DNA of 64,000 nucleotides from assembly GCA_028247015.1 (NCBI GenBank), contig JAOKFJ010000004.1:652-64651 (forward strand), read 5' to 3'. The notes beneath the pieces were generated by a model, which saw only the letters and a program-made list of their open reading frames with translations, had not been told where the DNA came from and searched no databases. This DNA is from Methylophilaceae bacterium (GTDB lineage Bacteria; Pseudomonadota; Gammaproteobacteria; Burkholderiales; Methylophilaceae). The position numbers and the translations under genes are program-made. Positions within the stretch are counted from its first letter, which is position 1. Each line of letters opens with the position of its first letter. This document shows, one piece after another, positions 11,633-24,900 of this stretch.

Positions 11633-12255
11633 CCAAACATCTCCTCAAGTTGTTTTACAGCTTCAGTCGTAGCTATTACTTTCGGGAAATGAACTAAACT
11701 TACTGGGTCAGCAAACCGCGCTTCTACAACCAGTGCATTTGTTAAGTTTCTTGAAGACAGGTATAGATTCTCATCAAATGTATCCACAAGAATAAGAACT
11801 CTTTCTGTAATGCCTAGTAACTTCATTTTCTCGATAAATTGCTTTGTTTTTGGAGTTTCAACTTTAAATTCTTCGATAATAGATAAGCGATCTTGTCTAA
11901 CTAATTCTGACAAAATAGATTTCATTCCTGCTCGATATGCTTTTTTATTAATTTTTTGATTGAAGTTTTCATCTGGTCGATTTGGAAAAGCTCGACCTCC
12001 TCCGCGCCTAATTGGGCTTGAGGTCATACCTGCTCGTGCGTTACCTGTCCCTTTTTGATTGTATGGTTTTTTAGTGCTGTGATGAACTTCGGCTCTTGTT
12101 TTTTGAGATCTTGTTCCTGAGCGACCATTAGAATTGTATGACGAAACTAATTGATGAATTAAGGCTTCATTGAAGTCTTTACCAAATGTAGCATCAGAGG
12201 CTGAAATTGTCTTTGCAGATACCTTCCCTTTTTTATCTAAGACTTTAAATTCCAT
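11629..12255 (-). CDS. rplD: 50S ribosomal protein L4
   Basis: [16 protein letters not shown]. Confidence 0.99.
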   Translation of the reverse strand: MEFKVLDKKGKVSAKTISASDATFGKDFNEALIHQLVSSYNSNGRSGTRSQKTRAEVHHSTKKPYNQKGTGNARAGMTSSPIRRGGGRAFPNRPDENFNQKINKKAYRAGMKSILSELVRQDRLSIIEEFKVETPKTKQFIEKMKLLGITERVLILVDTFDENLYLSSRNLTNALVVEARFADPVSLVHFPKVIATTEAVKQLEEMFG

Positions 12256-12905
12256 TATTCGCCACCCTTCACTTTAATTACTGGCTTAATTTCAATGTTA
12301 GATCCTTTTGAACCTGGAATAGCACCTTTAATTAAAATTAGATTTCTTGCAGCATCAATACGAATCACTTCTAAATTCTGTGTTGTTCTCTGTTTCGAGC
12401 CTAATTGCCCACTCATTTTTTTTCCTGGAAAGACTCTACCTGGATCCTGACATTGGCCAGTTGACCCTAGTGAATTATGCGATATAGAAACACCGTGACT
12501 TGCTCTTTGTGATTTAAAGTGATGTCTTTTTTGTGCACCAGAGAAACCTTTACCAATTGTTGTTCCAGTTACATCAACTTTTTGACCTACTTTAAATAAA
12601 TCAACTGATATTGATGATGCAACTGGATGGTTCGCTAATTCAGCCTCATTAATTCTGAATTCACCTAGTCCAAGTCCAGCTTCAACTCCGGCCTTGGCGT
12701 AGTGCCCTTTAAGTGCTTTAGTCAGTGTTTTAGATTTAGCTTGTCCATAAGCAACTTGAAGGCCTGAATAGCCGTCTGTGTCTATAGTTTTGATCTGTGT
12801 CACGCGGTTTGGAACTACTTCAAGAACAGTCACTGGAATGCTTGCGCCTTCATCAGTAAAAATTCTGGTCATTCCGACCTTGCGACCAATAAGCCCTAAG
12901 CTCAT
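12255..12905 (-). CDS. rplC: 50S ribosomal protein L3
   Basis: [26 protein letters not shown]. Confidence 0.99.
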   Translation of the reverse strand: MSLGLIGRKVGMTRIFTDEGASIPVTVLEVVPNRVTQIKTIDTDGYSGLQVAYGQAKSKTLTKALKGHYAKAGVEAGLGLGEFRINEAELANHPVASSISVDLFKVGQKVDVTGTTIGKGFSGAQKRHHFKSQRASHGVSISHNSLGSTGQCQDPGRVFPGKKMSGQLGSKQRTTQNLEVIRIDAARNLILIKGAIPGSKGSNIEIKPVIKVKGGE

Positions 12906-12972
12906 GATCTTTCCTTTATTATTTATTAGTTACAAAACTGATTACAATTGATCAGCTTCTTAAAAGAGCGCC

Positions 12973-13001
12973 ATTATATACAACGCTCAGGTTTTTTACA
13001 A
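12973..13001 (-). promoter_or_regulatory. internal sigma70 promoter upstream of rplC
   Basis: TTGTAA (last codon plus stop of rpsJ)-17 nt-TATAAT-GGCGCTC discriminator. Confidence 0.65.
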
Positions 13002-13304
13002 CTTTATTTCTACATCCACGCCAGCAGGAAGGTCTAATTTCATTAGAGCATCCACAGTTTTATCTGTTGGATCTAATATATCCATTAATCGTTGATGTGT
13101 TCGCATCTCAAATTGATCCCTAGAGGTTTTATAAACGTGAGGTGATCTTAATATGTCAAATCTCTCAATTCTAGTTGGTAATGGGACTGGCCCCTTAACT
13201 ACAGCACCTGTTCTTTTTGCTGTATCAACAATTTCTTGTGCCGATTGATCAATTAATTTGTAATCAAAAGCTTTCAATCGAATTCTTATTTTCTGGCTTG
13301 CCAT
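12996..13304 (-). CDS. rpsJ: 30S ribosomal protein S10 (start moved to MASQKIRIR)
   Basis: [17 protein letters not shown]; SD GAGG upstream of ATG 13304. Confidence 0.99.
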   Translation of the reverse strand: MASQKIRIRLKAFDYKLIDQSAQEIVDTAKRTGAVVKGPVPLPTRIERFDILRSPHVYKTSRDQFEMRTHQRLMDILDPTDKTVDALMKLDLPAGVDVEIKL

Positions 13305-13361
13305 GTTTAATTCCTCTAAAGAGCGAGCACCCATTTTCAGGATGCTTTTTTTTATAAAATA

Positions 13362-14552
13362 CTACTCAACAATCTTAACTACAACACCTGAGCCAACAGT
13401 ACGGCCACCCTCACGAATTGCAAAGCGAAGACCTTCTTCCATGGCAATAGGAGCAATCAATGTTGCTGTTATTGATACATTATCCCCTGGCATTACCATT
13501 TCTGTACCCTCTGGTAAATCACAAGCACCAGTAACATCAGTTGTTCTAAAATAAAACTGTGGACGATACCCATTAAAAAATGGTGTATGACGACCACCTT
13601 CGTCCTTACTTAAACAATAAATTTCAGCCGTAAATTTTGTATGTGGCTTAATTGATCCTGGCTTACATAAAACCTGTCCACGCTCAACATCTTCACGAGC
13701 TGTTCCACGAAGTAAGACACCTACGTTATCACCAGCTTGACCTTCATCAAGTAATTTCCGGAACATTTCAACACCTGTACAAGTTGTTTTTACTGTATCT
13801 CTTATACCAACAATTTCAATTTCCTCGTTAACTTTCACTACACCACGCTCAATTCTTCCAGTAACAACTGTTCCACGGCCTGCAATCGAGAACACATCTT
13901 CCACTGGCATCAAAAATGTACCTTCAACTGCACGTTTTGGTTCAGGGATATAACTATCGAGCGCTTCTGCTAATTTTAAGATTGCTGGCTCACCAATTTC
14001 CGAAGTATCACCCTCTAATGCTTTAAGTGCTGAACCCATTATGATAGGCGTATCGTCTCCTGGGAAATCATATTTAGTAAGAAGTTCACGTACTTCCATT
14101 TCAACTAACTCCAACAATTCTTTATCATCTACCATGTCAGCTTTATTTAAAAATACAACAACGTAAGGAACACCAACCTGACGAGATAATAAAATATGTT
14201 CCCGCGTCTGAGGCATTGGTCCATCGGCAGCTGAACAAACTAGGATTGCTCCATCCATTTGAGCGGCACCAGTGATCATATTTTTCACATAATCAGCATG
14301 GCCTGGACAATCAACGTGAGCATAGTGACGGTTTTCTGTCTCATATTCTACATGTGAAGTATTAATTGTTATGCCACGTGCTTTTTCTTCTGGAGCTGAA
14401 TCAATCTCTGCAAAATCTTTTTTGTCACCGCCAAACTTTTTAGTTAGCACTGTTGAGATTGCAGCTGTTAATGTTGTTTTTCCGTGATCGACGTGACCAA
14501 TTGTGCCAACGTTGACATGCGGTTTGTTACGCTCGAATTTACCTTTAGCCAT
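13362..14552 (-). CDS. tuf: Elongation factor Tu
   Basis: [17 protein letters not shown]. Confidence 0.99.
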   Translation of the reverse strand: MAKGKFERNKPHVNVGTIGHVDHGKTTLTAAISTVLTKKFGGDKKDFAEIDSAPEEKARGITINTSHVEYETENRHYAHVDCPGHADYVKNMITGAAQMDGAILVCSAADGPMPQTREHILLSRQVGVPYVVVFLNKADMVDDKELLELVEMEVRELLTKYDFPGDDTPIIMGSALKALEGDTSEIGEPAILKLAEALDSYIPEPKRAVEGTFLMPVEDVFSIAGRGTVVTGRIERGVVKVNEEIEIVGIRDTVKTTCTGVEMFRKLLDEGQAGDNVGVLLRGTAREDVERGQVLCKPGSIKPHTKFTAEIYCLSKDEGGRHTPFFNGYRPQFYFRTTDVTGACDLPEGTEMVMPGDNVSITATLIAPIAMEEGLRFAIREGGRTVGSGVVVKIVE

Positions 14553-14585
14553 AATATTTCTCCTTAATTTATTCCCTAATTTAAA

Positions 14586-16676
14586 TTACTGTTTATTAAT
14601 TACTGCATCCGCAACGTTTCTTGGCGCTTCAGCGTAATGTTTAAATTCCATCGAGTATGTTGCTCGACCTTGTGATAACGATCTAACCACAGTGGAATAA
14701 CCAAACATTTCCGCAAGTGGCACTTCACATCGTATTACTTTAATTCCTGCATTATCTTCCATGCCCTGAACGATACCTCGTCGTGAGGATAAGTCTCCCA
14801 TCACATCACCCATATACTCTTCAGGAGTTTCAACTTCAACAAACATCATTGGCTCTAATAGTATCGGATCTGCTTTCTTACAACCATCCTTAAAAGCGAA
14901 TGAAGCTGCCATTTTAAATGCATTTTCATTAGAGTCAACATCATGATACGAACCATCGTATAAAGTTACCTTAACATCTTCTATTGGGTAGCCTGCTAAA
15001 ACACCTGCAGTAATCGTTTCTTTTAGGCCTTTATCAACGGCTGGGATAAATTCTCTAGGTACACTTCCCCCTTTAATTGAATCAATAAACTCATAGCCTT
15101 TACCAGTTTCATTAGGCTCAATCTTAAGCCACACATGGCCATACTGTCCTTTACCACCAGATTGTTTTACAAATTTTCCTTCTTGTTCGACAGATTTTTT
15201 TATTGCTTCTCTGTATGCTACCTGTGGAGCACCGATATCTGCCTCAACAGCAAATTCTCTTCTCATTCGATCAACTAAAATTTCTAAATGTAATTCACCC
15301 ATACCTGAAATAATTGTTTGATTTGTTTCTTCATCTGTTTTAACCCTAAATGATGGGTCTTCTTGAGATAAACGACCTAGAGCAATGCCCATTTTTTCTT
15401 GGTCTGCTTTTGTCTTCGGTTCAACAGCTACGTGAATTACAGGTTCTGGGAAAATCATACGCTCAAGAATCATTGGTTTCTTGATGTCACAAATTGTATC
15501 GCCTGTTGTAACGTCTTTTAATCCAACTGCAGCAGCGATATCACCTGCTCTAACTTCTTTTAGCTCTTCACGATTATTCGCATGCATCTGTAAAATACGT
15601 CCTATACGTTCTTTTTTACCTTTAATTGGGTTGTAAATAGTATCTCCGGCTTTAACAACACCAGAATAAACCCTAAAGAAAATAAGCTGACCTACAAATG
15701 GGTCTGTCATGATCTTAAAACCAAGAGCAGCAAAAGGCTCATCATCCGAAGCGTGACATACCATTGGCTTACCTGACTCATCCTCACCTGGCGTATCCTC
15801 AACATCTGTAGGTGAAGGCATTAATTCAATAACAGAATCTAGCATTGCTTGAACACCTTTATTTTTAAAAGCTGAGCCACACATCATTGGTACAATTTCA
15901 CTGGCCAACGTTCTAATTCTAAGTCCTGTTTTAATTTCCTCTTCTGAGAGATCGCCTGTTTCAAGGTATTTATTCATCAATTCTTCGTTAGCTTCAGCAG
16001 CACTTTCAAGCATATTATCTCGCCATTTTTGACATACGTCTTTTAAATCATCTGGAATATCAACATACTCAAATTTAATACCATGATTCTCTTCGTCCCA
16101 GAGAATTCCTTTCATTTTTACCAAATCTACCACACCCTTAAATGTTTCAGAGGCACCAATAGGAACCTGAGTTGGTACTGGATTTGCTTTAAGCCTTGAT
16201 TTCATTTGATCGTAGACCTTAAAGAAATCTGCCCCCTGTCGATCCATTTTATTTACAAATGCTAGTCGAGGAACTTTATACTTGTTAGCTTGACGCCAAA
16301 CAGTTTCAGATTGTGGTTGAACGCCACCGACTGCACAATAAACCATACATGCACCATCTAAAACACGCATTGACCGCTCTACTTCAATCGTAAAATCAAC
16401 GTGTCCTGGTGTATCAATAATATTAATTCTATGCTGTTCAAATTGGTTTGCCATACCAGACCAAAAACAAGTTGTCGCAGCTGAGGTAATTGTAATACCT
16501 CTTTCCTGTTCCTGCTCCATCCAATCCATAGTAGCAGCGCCATCATGTACTTCACCAATCTTATGATTTACACCTGTATAAAGAAGGATACGTTCAGTCG
16601 TTGTTGTTTTACCAGCATCAATGTGCGCACTGATACCGATATTTCTATAACGTTCAATAGGGGTTTGACGAGCCAC
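14586..16676 (-). CDS. fusA: Elongation factor G
   Basis: [24 protein letters not shown]. Confidence 0.99.
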   Translation of the reverse strand: MARQTPIERYRNIGISAHIDAGKTTTTERILLYTGVNHKIGEVHDGAATMDWMEQEQERGITITSAATTCFWSGMANQFEQHRINIIDTPGHVDFTIEVERSMRVLDGACMVYCAVGGVQPQSETVWRQANKYKVPRLAFVNKMDRQGADFFKVYDQMKSRLKANPVPTQVPIGASETFKGVVDLVKMKGILWDEENHGIKFEYVDIPDDLKDVCQKWRDNMLESAAEANEELMNKYLETGDLSEEEIKTGLRIRTLASEIVPMMCGSAFKNKGVQAMLDSVIELMPSPTDVEDTPGEDESGKPMVCHASDDEPFAALGFKIMTDPFVGQLIFFRVYSGVVKAGDTIYNPIKGKKERIGRILQMHANNREELKEVRAGDIAAAVGLKDVTTGDTICDIKKPMILERMIFPEPVIHVAVEPKTKADQEKMGIALGRLSQEDPSFRVKTDEETNQTIISGMGELHLEILVDRMRREFAVEADIGAPQVAYREAIKKSVEQEGKFVKQSGGKGQYGHVWLKIEPNETGKGYEFIDSIKGGSVPREFIPAVDKGLKETITAGVLAGYPIEDVKVTLYDGSYHDVDSNENAFKMAASFAFKDGCKKADPILLEPMMFVEVETPEEYMGDVMGDLSSRRGIVQGMEDNAGIKVIRCEVPLAEMFGYSTVVRSLSQGRATYSMEFKHYAEAPRNVADAVINKQ

Positions 16677-16700
16677 TTTTAATTAACCTTTAACAAAAAT

Positions 16701-17171
16701 TTAGAAACGGAAATGAGAGAATGCTTTATTTGCTTCTGCCATACGATGAACTTCTTCTCTTTTTTTCATCGCTGAGCCTTTACTTTCTGATGCTTCCATA
16801 AGTTCAGCAGCAAGTCTTAAGTCCATTGACTTTTCACCGCGTTTCCTCGCGGCATCTCTCAACCATCTCATAGCCAGGGCTGATCTTCTTGATGGTCTTA
16901 CTTCGACTGGAACTTGATAGTTGGCACCACCTACTCTTCTACTTTTTACTTCAACTACAGGTCTTAAATTATCAATTGCAAGAGTAAAAACTTCAATAGG
17001 ATCTTTCCCGCTTTTAGTCTGAATTTGGTCAAAGGCACCATAAATAATCCTCTCAGCCACTGACTTTTTACCGCTAGTCATTAGCACATTAACAAATTTA
17101 GAAAGTTCTATACTTCCAAATTTTGGGTCCTGTAAAATTTCTCTTTTTGGAACTTCTCTACGTCTAGGCAT
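16701..17171 (-). CDS. rpsG: 30S ribosomal protein S7
   Basis: [23 protein letters not shown]. Confidence 0.99.
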   Translation of the reverse strand: MPRRREVPKREILQDPKFGSIELSKFVNVLMTSGKKSVAERIIYGAFDQIQTKSGKDPIEVFTLAIDNLRPVVEVKSRRVGGANYQVPVEVRPSRRSALAMRWLRDAARKRGEKSMDLRLAAELMEASESKGSAMKKREEVHRMAEANKAFSHFRF

Positions 17172-17191
17172 ATCTTATAACCTCTTTTAAA

Positions 17192-17569
17192 TTAAGCTTC
17201 TTTTGGGCGTTTTGCGCCATATTTTGATCGACCCTGTCTTCTGTCTTTTACACCAGAAGTATCTAAGCTACCTCGTACCATGTGATAACGAACACCAGGT
17301 AAATCTTTAACACGTCCTCCGCGAAGTAAAACAACGGAATGTTCTTGTAAGTTATGGCCTTCACCGCCAATATAACTAATAACTTCATAGCCAGTAGTTA
17401 GCCTAACCTTAGCAACCTTACGAAGTGCAGAGTTCGGTTTTTTTGGCGTTGTAGTGTACACACGAGTACAAACCCCTCTTTTTTGTGGAGAAGCCTCTAA
17501 TGCTGGCACTTTGCTTTTTTCTACAACTCTTTTTCTCGGTTTACGAATTAACTGGTTAACTGTTGGCAT
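17192..17569 (-). CDS. rpsL: 30S ribosomal protein S12
   Basis: [21 protein letters not shown]. Confidence 0.99.
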   Translation of the reverse strand: MPTVNQLIRKPRKRVVEKSKVPALEASPQKRGVCTRVYTTTPKKPNSALRKVAKVRLTTGYEVISYIGGEGHNLQEHSVVLLRGGRVKDLPGVRYHMVRGSLDTSGVKDRRQGRSKYGAKRPKEA

Positions 17570-17597
17570 TGCCTATCCTTAAAATTTAATCATTATC

Positions 17598-17647
17598 TAA
17601 AAATTCTCGCTTTTTTCAATTCTATATACTTGAAAAAGGCGAGAATT
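17598..17647 (-). terminator. 18-bp-stem hairpin downstream of rpoC (probable terminator, overlapping the str promoter start)
   Basis: AATTCTCGCTTTTTTCAA...TTGAAAAAGGCGAGAATT inverted repeat with a short T run on the minus strand. Confidence 0.55.
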
Positions 17648-17673
17648 GTATTTTGGTTCGGTCATATTGTCAA
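17645..17673 (-). promoter_or_regulatory. sigma70 promoter of the str operon
   Basis: TTGACA-17 nt-TACAAT. Confidence 0.75.
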
Positions 17674-17679
17674 CTCTAA

Positions 17680-20600
17680 TTACTCAGTTGGCACTTCAAC
17701 TTGTGAGTTATCCCCAGCAATATCTTGAGAGCTAGTATTTTCTTCTGATTTTTCTGAAGGATTAATACTAAATGCAGCTTCTGCATTCTCAAGATTTGTC
17801 ATATCTTTCTCGGTACTCTTAGGAAGGGCTTTTAATCTTGCGGCTTCCTTCCTATTTAAATGATAAGCCATTCCAGACCCTGCAGGAATTAAGCGTCCTA
17901 CAATAACATTTTCCTTGAGTCCTCTTAACTCATCACGCTTTCCTAAGATTGCTGCTTCTGTTAAGACTCGAGTAGTTTCTTGGAAAGACGCTGCAGAAAT
18001 AAATGAATCTGTAGCTAACGATGCCTTAGTAATACCTTTTAGCACATAATCATATTCTGCCGGAGCCTTGTTTTCTGCAACAACCTCTTCATTCATAATT
18101 AAAACTTCTGCGCGCTCAACTTCTTCGCCTGGAATAAATGTCGTATCTCCACGACTTGTAATTCTAACCCTTCTAAGCATTTGTCTAACAATAACTTCGA
18201 TATGTTTATCATTTATTTTTACTCCTTGAAGCCGGTATACATCTTGTACCTCATCTATAATATATCTCGCTAAAGCTTCGCGACCTTGAAGCCTTAGTAT
18301 ATCTGCTGGATCTGCAGGGCCATCTACGATAGTCTCCCCTTGAGTTACAATCTGGCCATCATGTGCGGTTACATGCTTATCTTTAGGTATTAAAAATTCC
18401 TTGGATTCACCATCTTCATTTGTAATCACTAAACGTTGTTTGCCTTTTGTATCTTTACCAAAAGATACCGTTCCAGTATTTTCTGCCAATATACCAGCAT
18501 CCTTAGGAGAGCGGGCTTCAAAAAGTTCTGCAACTCGAGGAAGGCCACCTGTAATATCTCTTGTTTTAGAAGATTCTTGTGGAATTCTTGCAAGAATGTC
18601 ACCTACTTTAACTTCTTGATTATCAGCTACTGTAATAATATAGCCTAATTGGAAGGTCACATTAACAGAGTTATCTGCGCCCTCTAATTTAACTTCTTGA
18701 CCCTTTTCGTCTAAAAGTTTAATTTGCGGTCTAGTTCCTTTTGCCTGAGTTGCTTTTGCTTTTGATTCAATTACAACTAATGTTGAAAGGCCTGTTACAT
18801 CATCAATTTGTTTGGCTACAGTAATACCTTCTTCAACATTCTCAAACCTCACCTTACCCGCATACTCAGAAATAATCGGACGAGTGTGTGGGTCCCAAGT
18901 TGCCATAACGCTTCCAGCCTTAATTTTTGAACCATCATTAACAGATAATGTTGCTCCATAAGGCACCTTATGCCTCTCTCTTTCTCTGCCAGAATCATCT
19001 TCAATTAAAAATTCACCATTTCTAGATATAGCTATCTTTTCGTCCCGTGCATTTGTTACATAACGCATTGTTGATGTAAATCTCACTGTACCTGATGATT
19101 TCCCTTCAATCTGACTTACTGATGCAGCTCTTGATACAGCTCCACCAATATGGAATGTTCTCATCGTTAATTGAGTTCCGGGTTCACCAATTGACTGCGC
19201 TGCAATAACGCCTACTGCCTCACCTTGATTAATAATATTTCCTCTACCAAGATCACGCCCATAACATTTAGCACAGATTCCATATCGAGTTGCACATGTT
19301 AATGCTGTTCTAACTTTTACCTCATCAATTCCAAGAGTTTCAATTTTCTCAACTTCATCCTCACCAAACAATGTGCCCTGAGGATACAAAATCTCTTGAG
19401 TATCTGGATGAATTACGTCCAATGCATTAACGCGACCTAAAATGCGGTCACTCAATGGTTCAACAACTTCACCACCTTTGACAAGAGCTTTTGTTAACAA
19501 GCCATCCTCAGTTCCACAATCATGCTCTGTGACTACTAGATCTTGAGTTACATCAACCAAGCGACGAGTTAAGTAGCCGGAGTTTGCTGTCTTCAAAGCT
19601 GTATCAGCTAAGCCTTTTCTAGCTCCGTGGGTTGATATAAAGTATTGCAATACATTTAGACCGTCTCTGAAATTTGCCTTAATTGGAGTCTCGATGATTG
19701 ACCCATCTGGTCTAGCCATTAAACCCCTCATTCCAGCAAGCTGTCTAACCTGAGCAGCTGATCCTCTAGCACCTGAATCTGCCATCATATAAATCGCATT
19801 GAATGATTCTTGAGTGAGCGCATTTCCATTATCATCCTTAAGAGCTTTTCCATCCTGATCAAATACTGGCTCTACTTTTAACTTACTCATCATTGCATCA
19901 GCAATTTTATCCCCTGCACGGCCCCAGATATCAACTACCTTATTATATCTCTCGCCTTGAGTCACAAGACCTGACGCATATTGATCCTCAATTTCTTGAA
20001 CTTGTGAATCAGCATCGGCAATTAACTCAATTTTTTCTGTTGGGACCAACATATCATGAACACTTACAGACATACCTGCTTTTGTAGCAAATGAGAATCC
20101 TGTATACATAAGTTGGTCAGCAAGTATAACTGTATCCTTAATGCCGAGTTTTCTAAATGACACATTTATTAGCTTTGAAATCTCTTTCTTTTTCATAGAC
20201 TTATTAATATTATCAAAAGATAACCCCGCTGGAAGAATCTCGGACAACAAGGCACGACCAACCGTTGTTTCATAACGGTTAATTTTTACTGTCTTACTGT
20301 TATCGAAATTAATTTCGTACTCTTTAATTCTAACTGTTACTTTTGCATGCAGATCAACAGCTCCTTGATCATAGGCTCGCCTTGCTTCATCAATATCAGA
20401 AAATCTCATGCCTTCGCCCTTAGCTGCAGTTTTTTCTCTTGTCATGTAATAAAGGCCCAAAACGATATCCTGTGATGGAACAATAATTGGCTCTCCGTTT
20501 GCTGGCGATAATACATTATTAGAAGCCAGCATTAATGTTCTTGCTTCCATTTGCGCTTCAAGTGAAAGAGGAACATGGACTGCCATTTGATCACCATCAA

Positions 20601-21981
20601 AGTCTGCATTAAATGCTGCGCAAACTAGAGGATGTAATTGAATGGCCTTGCCTTCAATTAGAACAGGCTCAAATGCTTGGATACCTAAACGGTGTAGAGT
20701 TGGTGCTCTATTCAATAGGACTGGATGCTCCCGAATGACATCTTCGAGAATATCCCAAACTTCGGGTCCTTCCTCTTCTACTTTCTTTTTAGCTGCTTTA
20801 ATCGTTGTAGCTAAACCTAAAATCTCAAGTTTATTAAAAATAAATGGTTTAAATAATTCAAGAGCCATTTTCTTGGGCAAACCGCATTGATGAAGTTTTA
20901 ATTGTGGGCCTGTAACAATCACTGAACGACCTGAATAATCAACTCGTTTACCTAATAAGTTCTGCCTAAATCGACCACCCTTACCTTTAATCATGTCGGC
21001 TAGCGATTTCAGTGGACGTTTATTAGCTCCCGTCATAACTTTGCCACGTCGTCCATTATCAAGAAGTGAATCTACGGATTCTTGTAACATTCTCTTTTCA
21101 TTCTTAACAATAATTTCTGGGGCTCTTAAATCCAATAATCTTCGTAGTCGGTTATTTCTGTTGATAACTCTTCTGTATAAATCATTAAGATCAGATGTAG
21201 CAAACCTACCACCATCCAGAGGAACGAGTGGTCTTAGTTCAGGAGGTAAAACAGGTAAAATATCTAAAATCATCCATTCAGGCTTAATGCCTGAATTTTG
21301 GAAAGCTTCTAATACTTTAAGTCTTTTTGCAATTTTCTTTATTTTTGCCTCAGATCCTGTTGCGGCTAATTCCTCAGTAAGCGTTAATATTTCAGAAGAT
21401 ATATTTAATGAACGAAGTAATTCTTTTACTCCCTCAGCGCCCATAACTGCAGTAAATTCATCGCCAAACTCTTCAGACTTTGCAAGATAATCGTCTTCTG
21501 TTAGAAGTTGACCTCTAATTAATGGTGTCATACCTGGATCAATAACCATATATGCTTCAAAATATAAAACTCTTTCAATATCACGAAGTGCTATATCCAA
21601 AACCATACCTAACCTACTAGGAAGACTCTTAAGAAACCATATGTGTGCTACAGGACTTGCTAAATCAATGTGTCCCATCCGCTCTCGTCTAACTTTAGAT
21701 AGAGTTACTTCAACTCCACATTTCTCACAAATAACACCCCTATGTTTTAGTCTTTTATACTTACCACACAAACATTCATAATCTTTAACTGGACCAAAAA
21801 TTTTAGCACAGAACAAACCATCTCTTTCAGGCTTAAATGTTCTGTAATTAATTGTTTCTGGCTTCTTCACTTCACCAAAAGACCAAGATCTTATCTTTTC
21901 TGGAGAAGCTAAAGCAATTTTAATGGCATCAAACTCTTCAGCTTGAGTGGTTTGTCTAAAAAGGTCTAATAATGCTTTCAT
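17680..21981 (-). CDS. rpoC: RNA polymerase beta' subunit
   Basis: NADFDGD catalytic motif, N-terminal zinc finger. Confidence 0.99.
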   Translation of the reverse strand: MKALLDLFRQTTQAEEFDAIKIALASPEKIRSWSFGEVKKPETINYRTFKPERDGLFCAKIFGPVKDYECLCGKYKRLKHRGVICEKCGVEVTLSKVRRERMGHIDLASPVAHIWFLKSLPSRLGMVLDIALRDIERVLYFEAYMVIDPGMTPLIRGQLLTEDDYLAKSEEFGDEFTAVMGAEGVKELLRSLNISSEILTLTEELAATGSEAKIKKIAKRLKVLEAFQNSGIKPEWMILDILPVLPPELRPLVPLDGGRFATSDLNDLYRRVINRNNRLRRLLDLRAPEIIVKNEKRMLQESVDSLLDNGRRGKVMTGANKRPLKSLADMIKGKGGRFRQNLLGKRVDYSGRSVIVTGPQLKLHQCGLPKKMALELFKPFIFNKLEILGLATTIKAAKKKVEEEGPEVWDILEDVIREHPVLLNRAPTLHRLGIQAFEPVLIEGKAIQLHPLVCAAFNADFDGDQMAVHVPLSLEAQMEARTLMLASNNVLSPANGEPIIVPSQDIVLGLYYMTREKTAAKGEGMRFSDIDEARRAYDQGAVDLHAKVTVRIKEYEINFDNSKTVKINRYETTVGRALLSEILPAGLSFDNINKSMKKKEISKLINVSFRKLGIKDTVILADQLMYTGFSFATKAGMSVSVHDMLVPTEKIELIADADSQVQEIEDQYASGLVTQGERYNKVVDIWGRAGDKIADAMMSKLKVEPVFDQDGKALKDDNGNALTQESFNAIYMMADSGARGSAAQVRQLAGMRGLMARPDGSIIETPIKANFRDGLNVLQYFISTHGARKGLADTALKTANSGYLTRRLVDVTQDLVVTEHDCGTEDGLLTKALVKGGEVVEPLSDRILGRVNALDVIHPDTQEILYPQGTLFGEDEVEKIETLGIDEVKVRTALTCATRYGICAKCYGRDLGRGNIINQGEAVGVIAAQSIGEPGTQLTMRTFHIGGAVSRAASVSQIEGKSSGTVRFTSTMRYVTNARDEKIAISRNGEFLIEDDSGRERERHKVPYGATLSVNDGSKIKAGSVMATWDPHTRPIISEYAGKVRFENVEEGITVAKQIDDVTGLSTLVVIESKAKATQAKGTRPQIKLLDEKGQEVKLEGADNSVNVTFQLGYIITVADNQEVKVGDILARIPQESSKTRDITGGLPRVAELFEARSPKDAGILAENTGTVSFGKDTKGKQRLVITNEDGESKEFLIPKDKHVTAHDGQIVTQGETIVDGPADPADILRLQGREALARYIIDEVQDVYRLQGVKINDKHIEVIVRQMLRRVRITSRGDTTFIPGEEVERAEVLIMNEEVVAENKAPAEYDYVLKGITKASLATDSFISAASFQETTRVLTEAAILGKRDELRGLKENVIVGRLIPAGSGMAYHLNRKEAARLKALPKSTEKDMTNLENAEAAFSINPSEKSEENTSSQDIAGDNSQVEVPTE

Positions 21982-21991
21982 GTCCTATCTC

Positions 21992-24900
21992 CTAGTTTCT
22001 ATCAAGGTCAATATCAATTGCTAATGAACGAATTTCTTTTGTGAGTACATTAAATGACTCTGGCATACCAGCATCAATTTTATGCTCACCTTTTACAATA
22101 TTTTCATATACTTTCGTTCTTCCTATTACATCATCCGACTTAACAGTAAGCATTTCCTGAAGTGTATAAGATGCTCCATAAGCCTCTAGCGCCCATACTT
22201 CCATCTCACCAAAACGTTGCCCACCAAATTGTGCTTTACCTCCCAGTGGCTGCTGTGTGACTAAGGAATATGGCCCAGTTGAACGTGCATGCATCTTATC
22301 GTCAACTAAATGATGTAATTTTAATACATGCATATAACCAACGGTAACAGGCCTTTCAAATTTCTCTCCAGTTCTTCCGTCATATAGCTGTACCTGAGTT
22401 TTATTAGCTGCAAATTTTAATAGTTTCGTATGTTCACTATCATCTGGATAAGCTAAATCTAACATTTGCTGAATATCTTCTTCTGCACCGCCATCAAATA
22501 CTGGGGTCGCGAATGGTACTCCATTAGCAAGATGTTCTGCAAGTTCTTTTACCTCATTATCTTTTAGTGATTTAATATCTTCAGACTTACCAGAAGAAGT
22601 GTTATAGATTTTATCAAGGAAATTTCTAACCTCAGAAATCTTCTCATTCTCTTTTAACATCTCATCAATTCTGTCGCCAAGTCCCTTAGCTGCCCAGCCT
22701 AAATGCATCTCGAGCACCTGCCCAATATTCATTCGTGATGGAACTCCCAAAGGATTTAGACAAATATCTAAAGTTTTACCATCTGCCATGTATGGCATAT
22801 CTTCTACTGGAGCAATTTTTGAAATCACACCTTTATTTCCATGACGTCCAGCCATTTTATCACCCGGCTGAATTCTTCTCTTAACAGCTAGATGAACTTT
22901 AACCATTTTTTGTACACCTGGAGGCAGTTCATCTCCTTGCGTTAACTTACGTTTTTTTTCTTCAAAACGACTATCAAATTCTTTTTTGGCTACATTAAAA
23001 TTTTCCTTAAAAAATTCAAGTTGCTTAGAATCTTTCTCGTCTGATAACCTAATATCGAACCAATCGTATTTACCAAGACTGGATAAAGTTTCTTTTGACA
23101 ATTTATCCCCTTTTTTTATACCTTTTGGGCCACCAGTTACTGTTTTATTTATTAGAAGTTTCTCAATACGACTAAACGTGTCCTCTTCAACAATTCTTAA
23201 CTGATCTGCTAAATCTTTTTTAAAGTCAGATAGTTGGTCTCCAATAATTTGTTCTGCCCTAGAGTCTCTATCAATTCCTTCACGAGTAAATACCTGAACA
23301 TCAATAATCGTTCCTGACATTCCAGATGGCACCCTTAAGCTTGTATCTTTAACATCGGAGGCTTTTTCTCCAAATATAGCCCTTAGTAATTTTTCTTCTG
23401 GAGTAAGTTGAGTTTCTCCTTTTGGAGTCACTTTTCCAACTAATACATCACCAGCTTCTACCTCTGCTCCGATAAAAATTATTCCAGACTCATCTAATCT
23501 TCCAATCATTCTCTCTGAAAGATTAGAAATATCCTGAGTAATTTCTTCAGGCCCAAGCTTTGTATCTCTTGCTACTACTGATAGCTCTTCAATATGAATT
23601 GAAGTATATCTGTCTTCCGCCACAACTCTCTCAGAAATAAGGATAGAATCTTCAAAGTTATATCCATTCCAAGGCATAAATCCAACAAGCATATTTTGTC
23701 CAAGAGCAAGCTCACCAACGTCAGTTGAAGCACCATCAGCAACAACGTCTCCTCGTTCAATCTTATCGCCAATCTTCACTAAAGGCTTTTGGTTAATATT
23801 GGTATTTTGATTTGATCTTGTATATTTTATTAAGTTATAAATATCAACGCCTACTTCATTTTGGGCAGTTTCTTTGTCATTTACTTTAACTACAATCCTT
23901 CTTGAGTCAACATAATCAACAACTCCACCTCTTTTTGCCTGAACAGTCGTTCCAGAATCAGAGGCAACAGTTCTTTCAATACCTGTACCAACTAATGCTT
24001 TTTCAGCTCGTAAACAAGGCACAGCTTGACGCTGCATGTTTGCTCCCATCAGCGCTCTATTTGCATCATCATGCTCAAGAAATGGGATCAATGATGCGGC
24101 TACTGATACAATTTGCCCTGGTGCAACATCCATGAAGTCTACATTTTCATTGCCAGCCATAGTAAATTCATTTTTATATCTAGATGAAACCAGCTCTTCT
24201 TTAAATTTACCATTAGTTTCAATTTCAGAATTGGCCTGTGCAATTGTAAAGTCACTTTCCTCAATTGCAGAAAGATAGTCAATTTTAGCTGTTACTTTTC
24301 CACCTTCAACTCTTCTATATGGAGTTTCAAGGAAACCATACTTATTTGTTCTTGCATACAATGCTAATGAATTAATTAGCCCAATATTTGGGCCCTCTGG
24401 AGTTTCAATAGGGCATACTCTTCCATAATGAGTCGAATGTACATCTCTAACTTCAAATCCTGCTCGTTCTCGCGTTAAGCCACCTGGACCTAAAGCTGAA
24501 ACTCTTCTTTTATGTGTAATTTCAGACAACGGATTTGTTTGATCCATAAACTGTGAAAGCTGTGATGAACCAAAAAACTCTCTAATAGAACTTGAAATTG
24601 GCTTCGAGTTGATTAGATCATGAGGCATTAAATTATCTGCTTCTGCTTGACCAAGTCTTTCTTTAACAGCTCGCTCTACCCTTACTAAACCTGTTCTAAA
24701 TTGATTCTCAACTAGTTCTCCAACTGAACGAATTCTTCGATTACCTAGGTGATCAATATCGTCAATTTCTCCTCGTCCATTTCTTAGTTCGATTAACATG
24801 CCAACAACAGATAATATATCTTCATTGGAAAGAATAAATTCACCTGTTTCAGTTTTTGGTCCTGATTTTTCATAAAATCGCTTTAACCATTCAGCATATT

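Noticed and set aside
13305-13334. N-terminal extension of S10 ([10 protein letters not shown])
   Set aside because: SD and homology place the start at 13304; the upstream ATG lies in a hairpin
17192-24600. Streptomycin (rpsL) or rifampicin (rpoB cluster I) resistance alleles
   Set aside because: PKKPNS, RVKDLP and [21 protein letters not shown] have the usual sensitive residues
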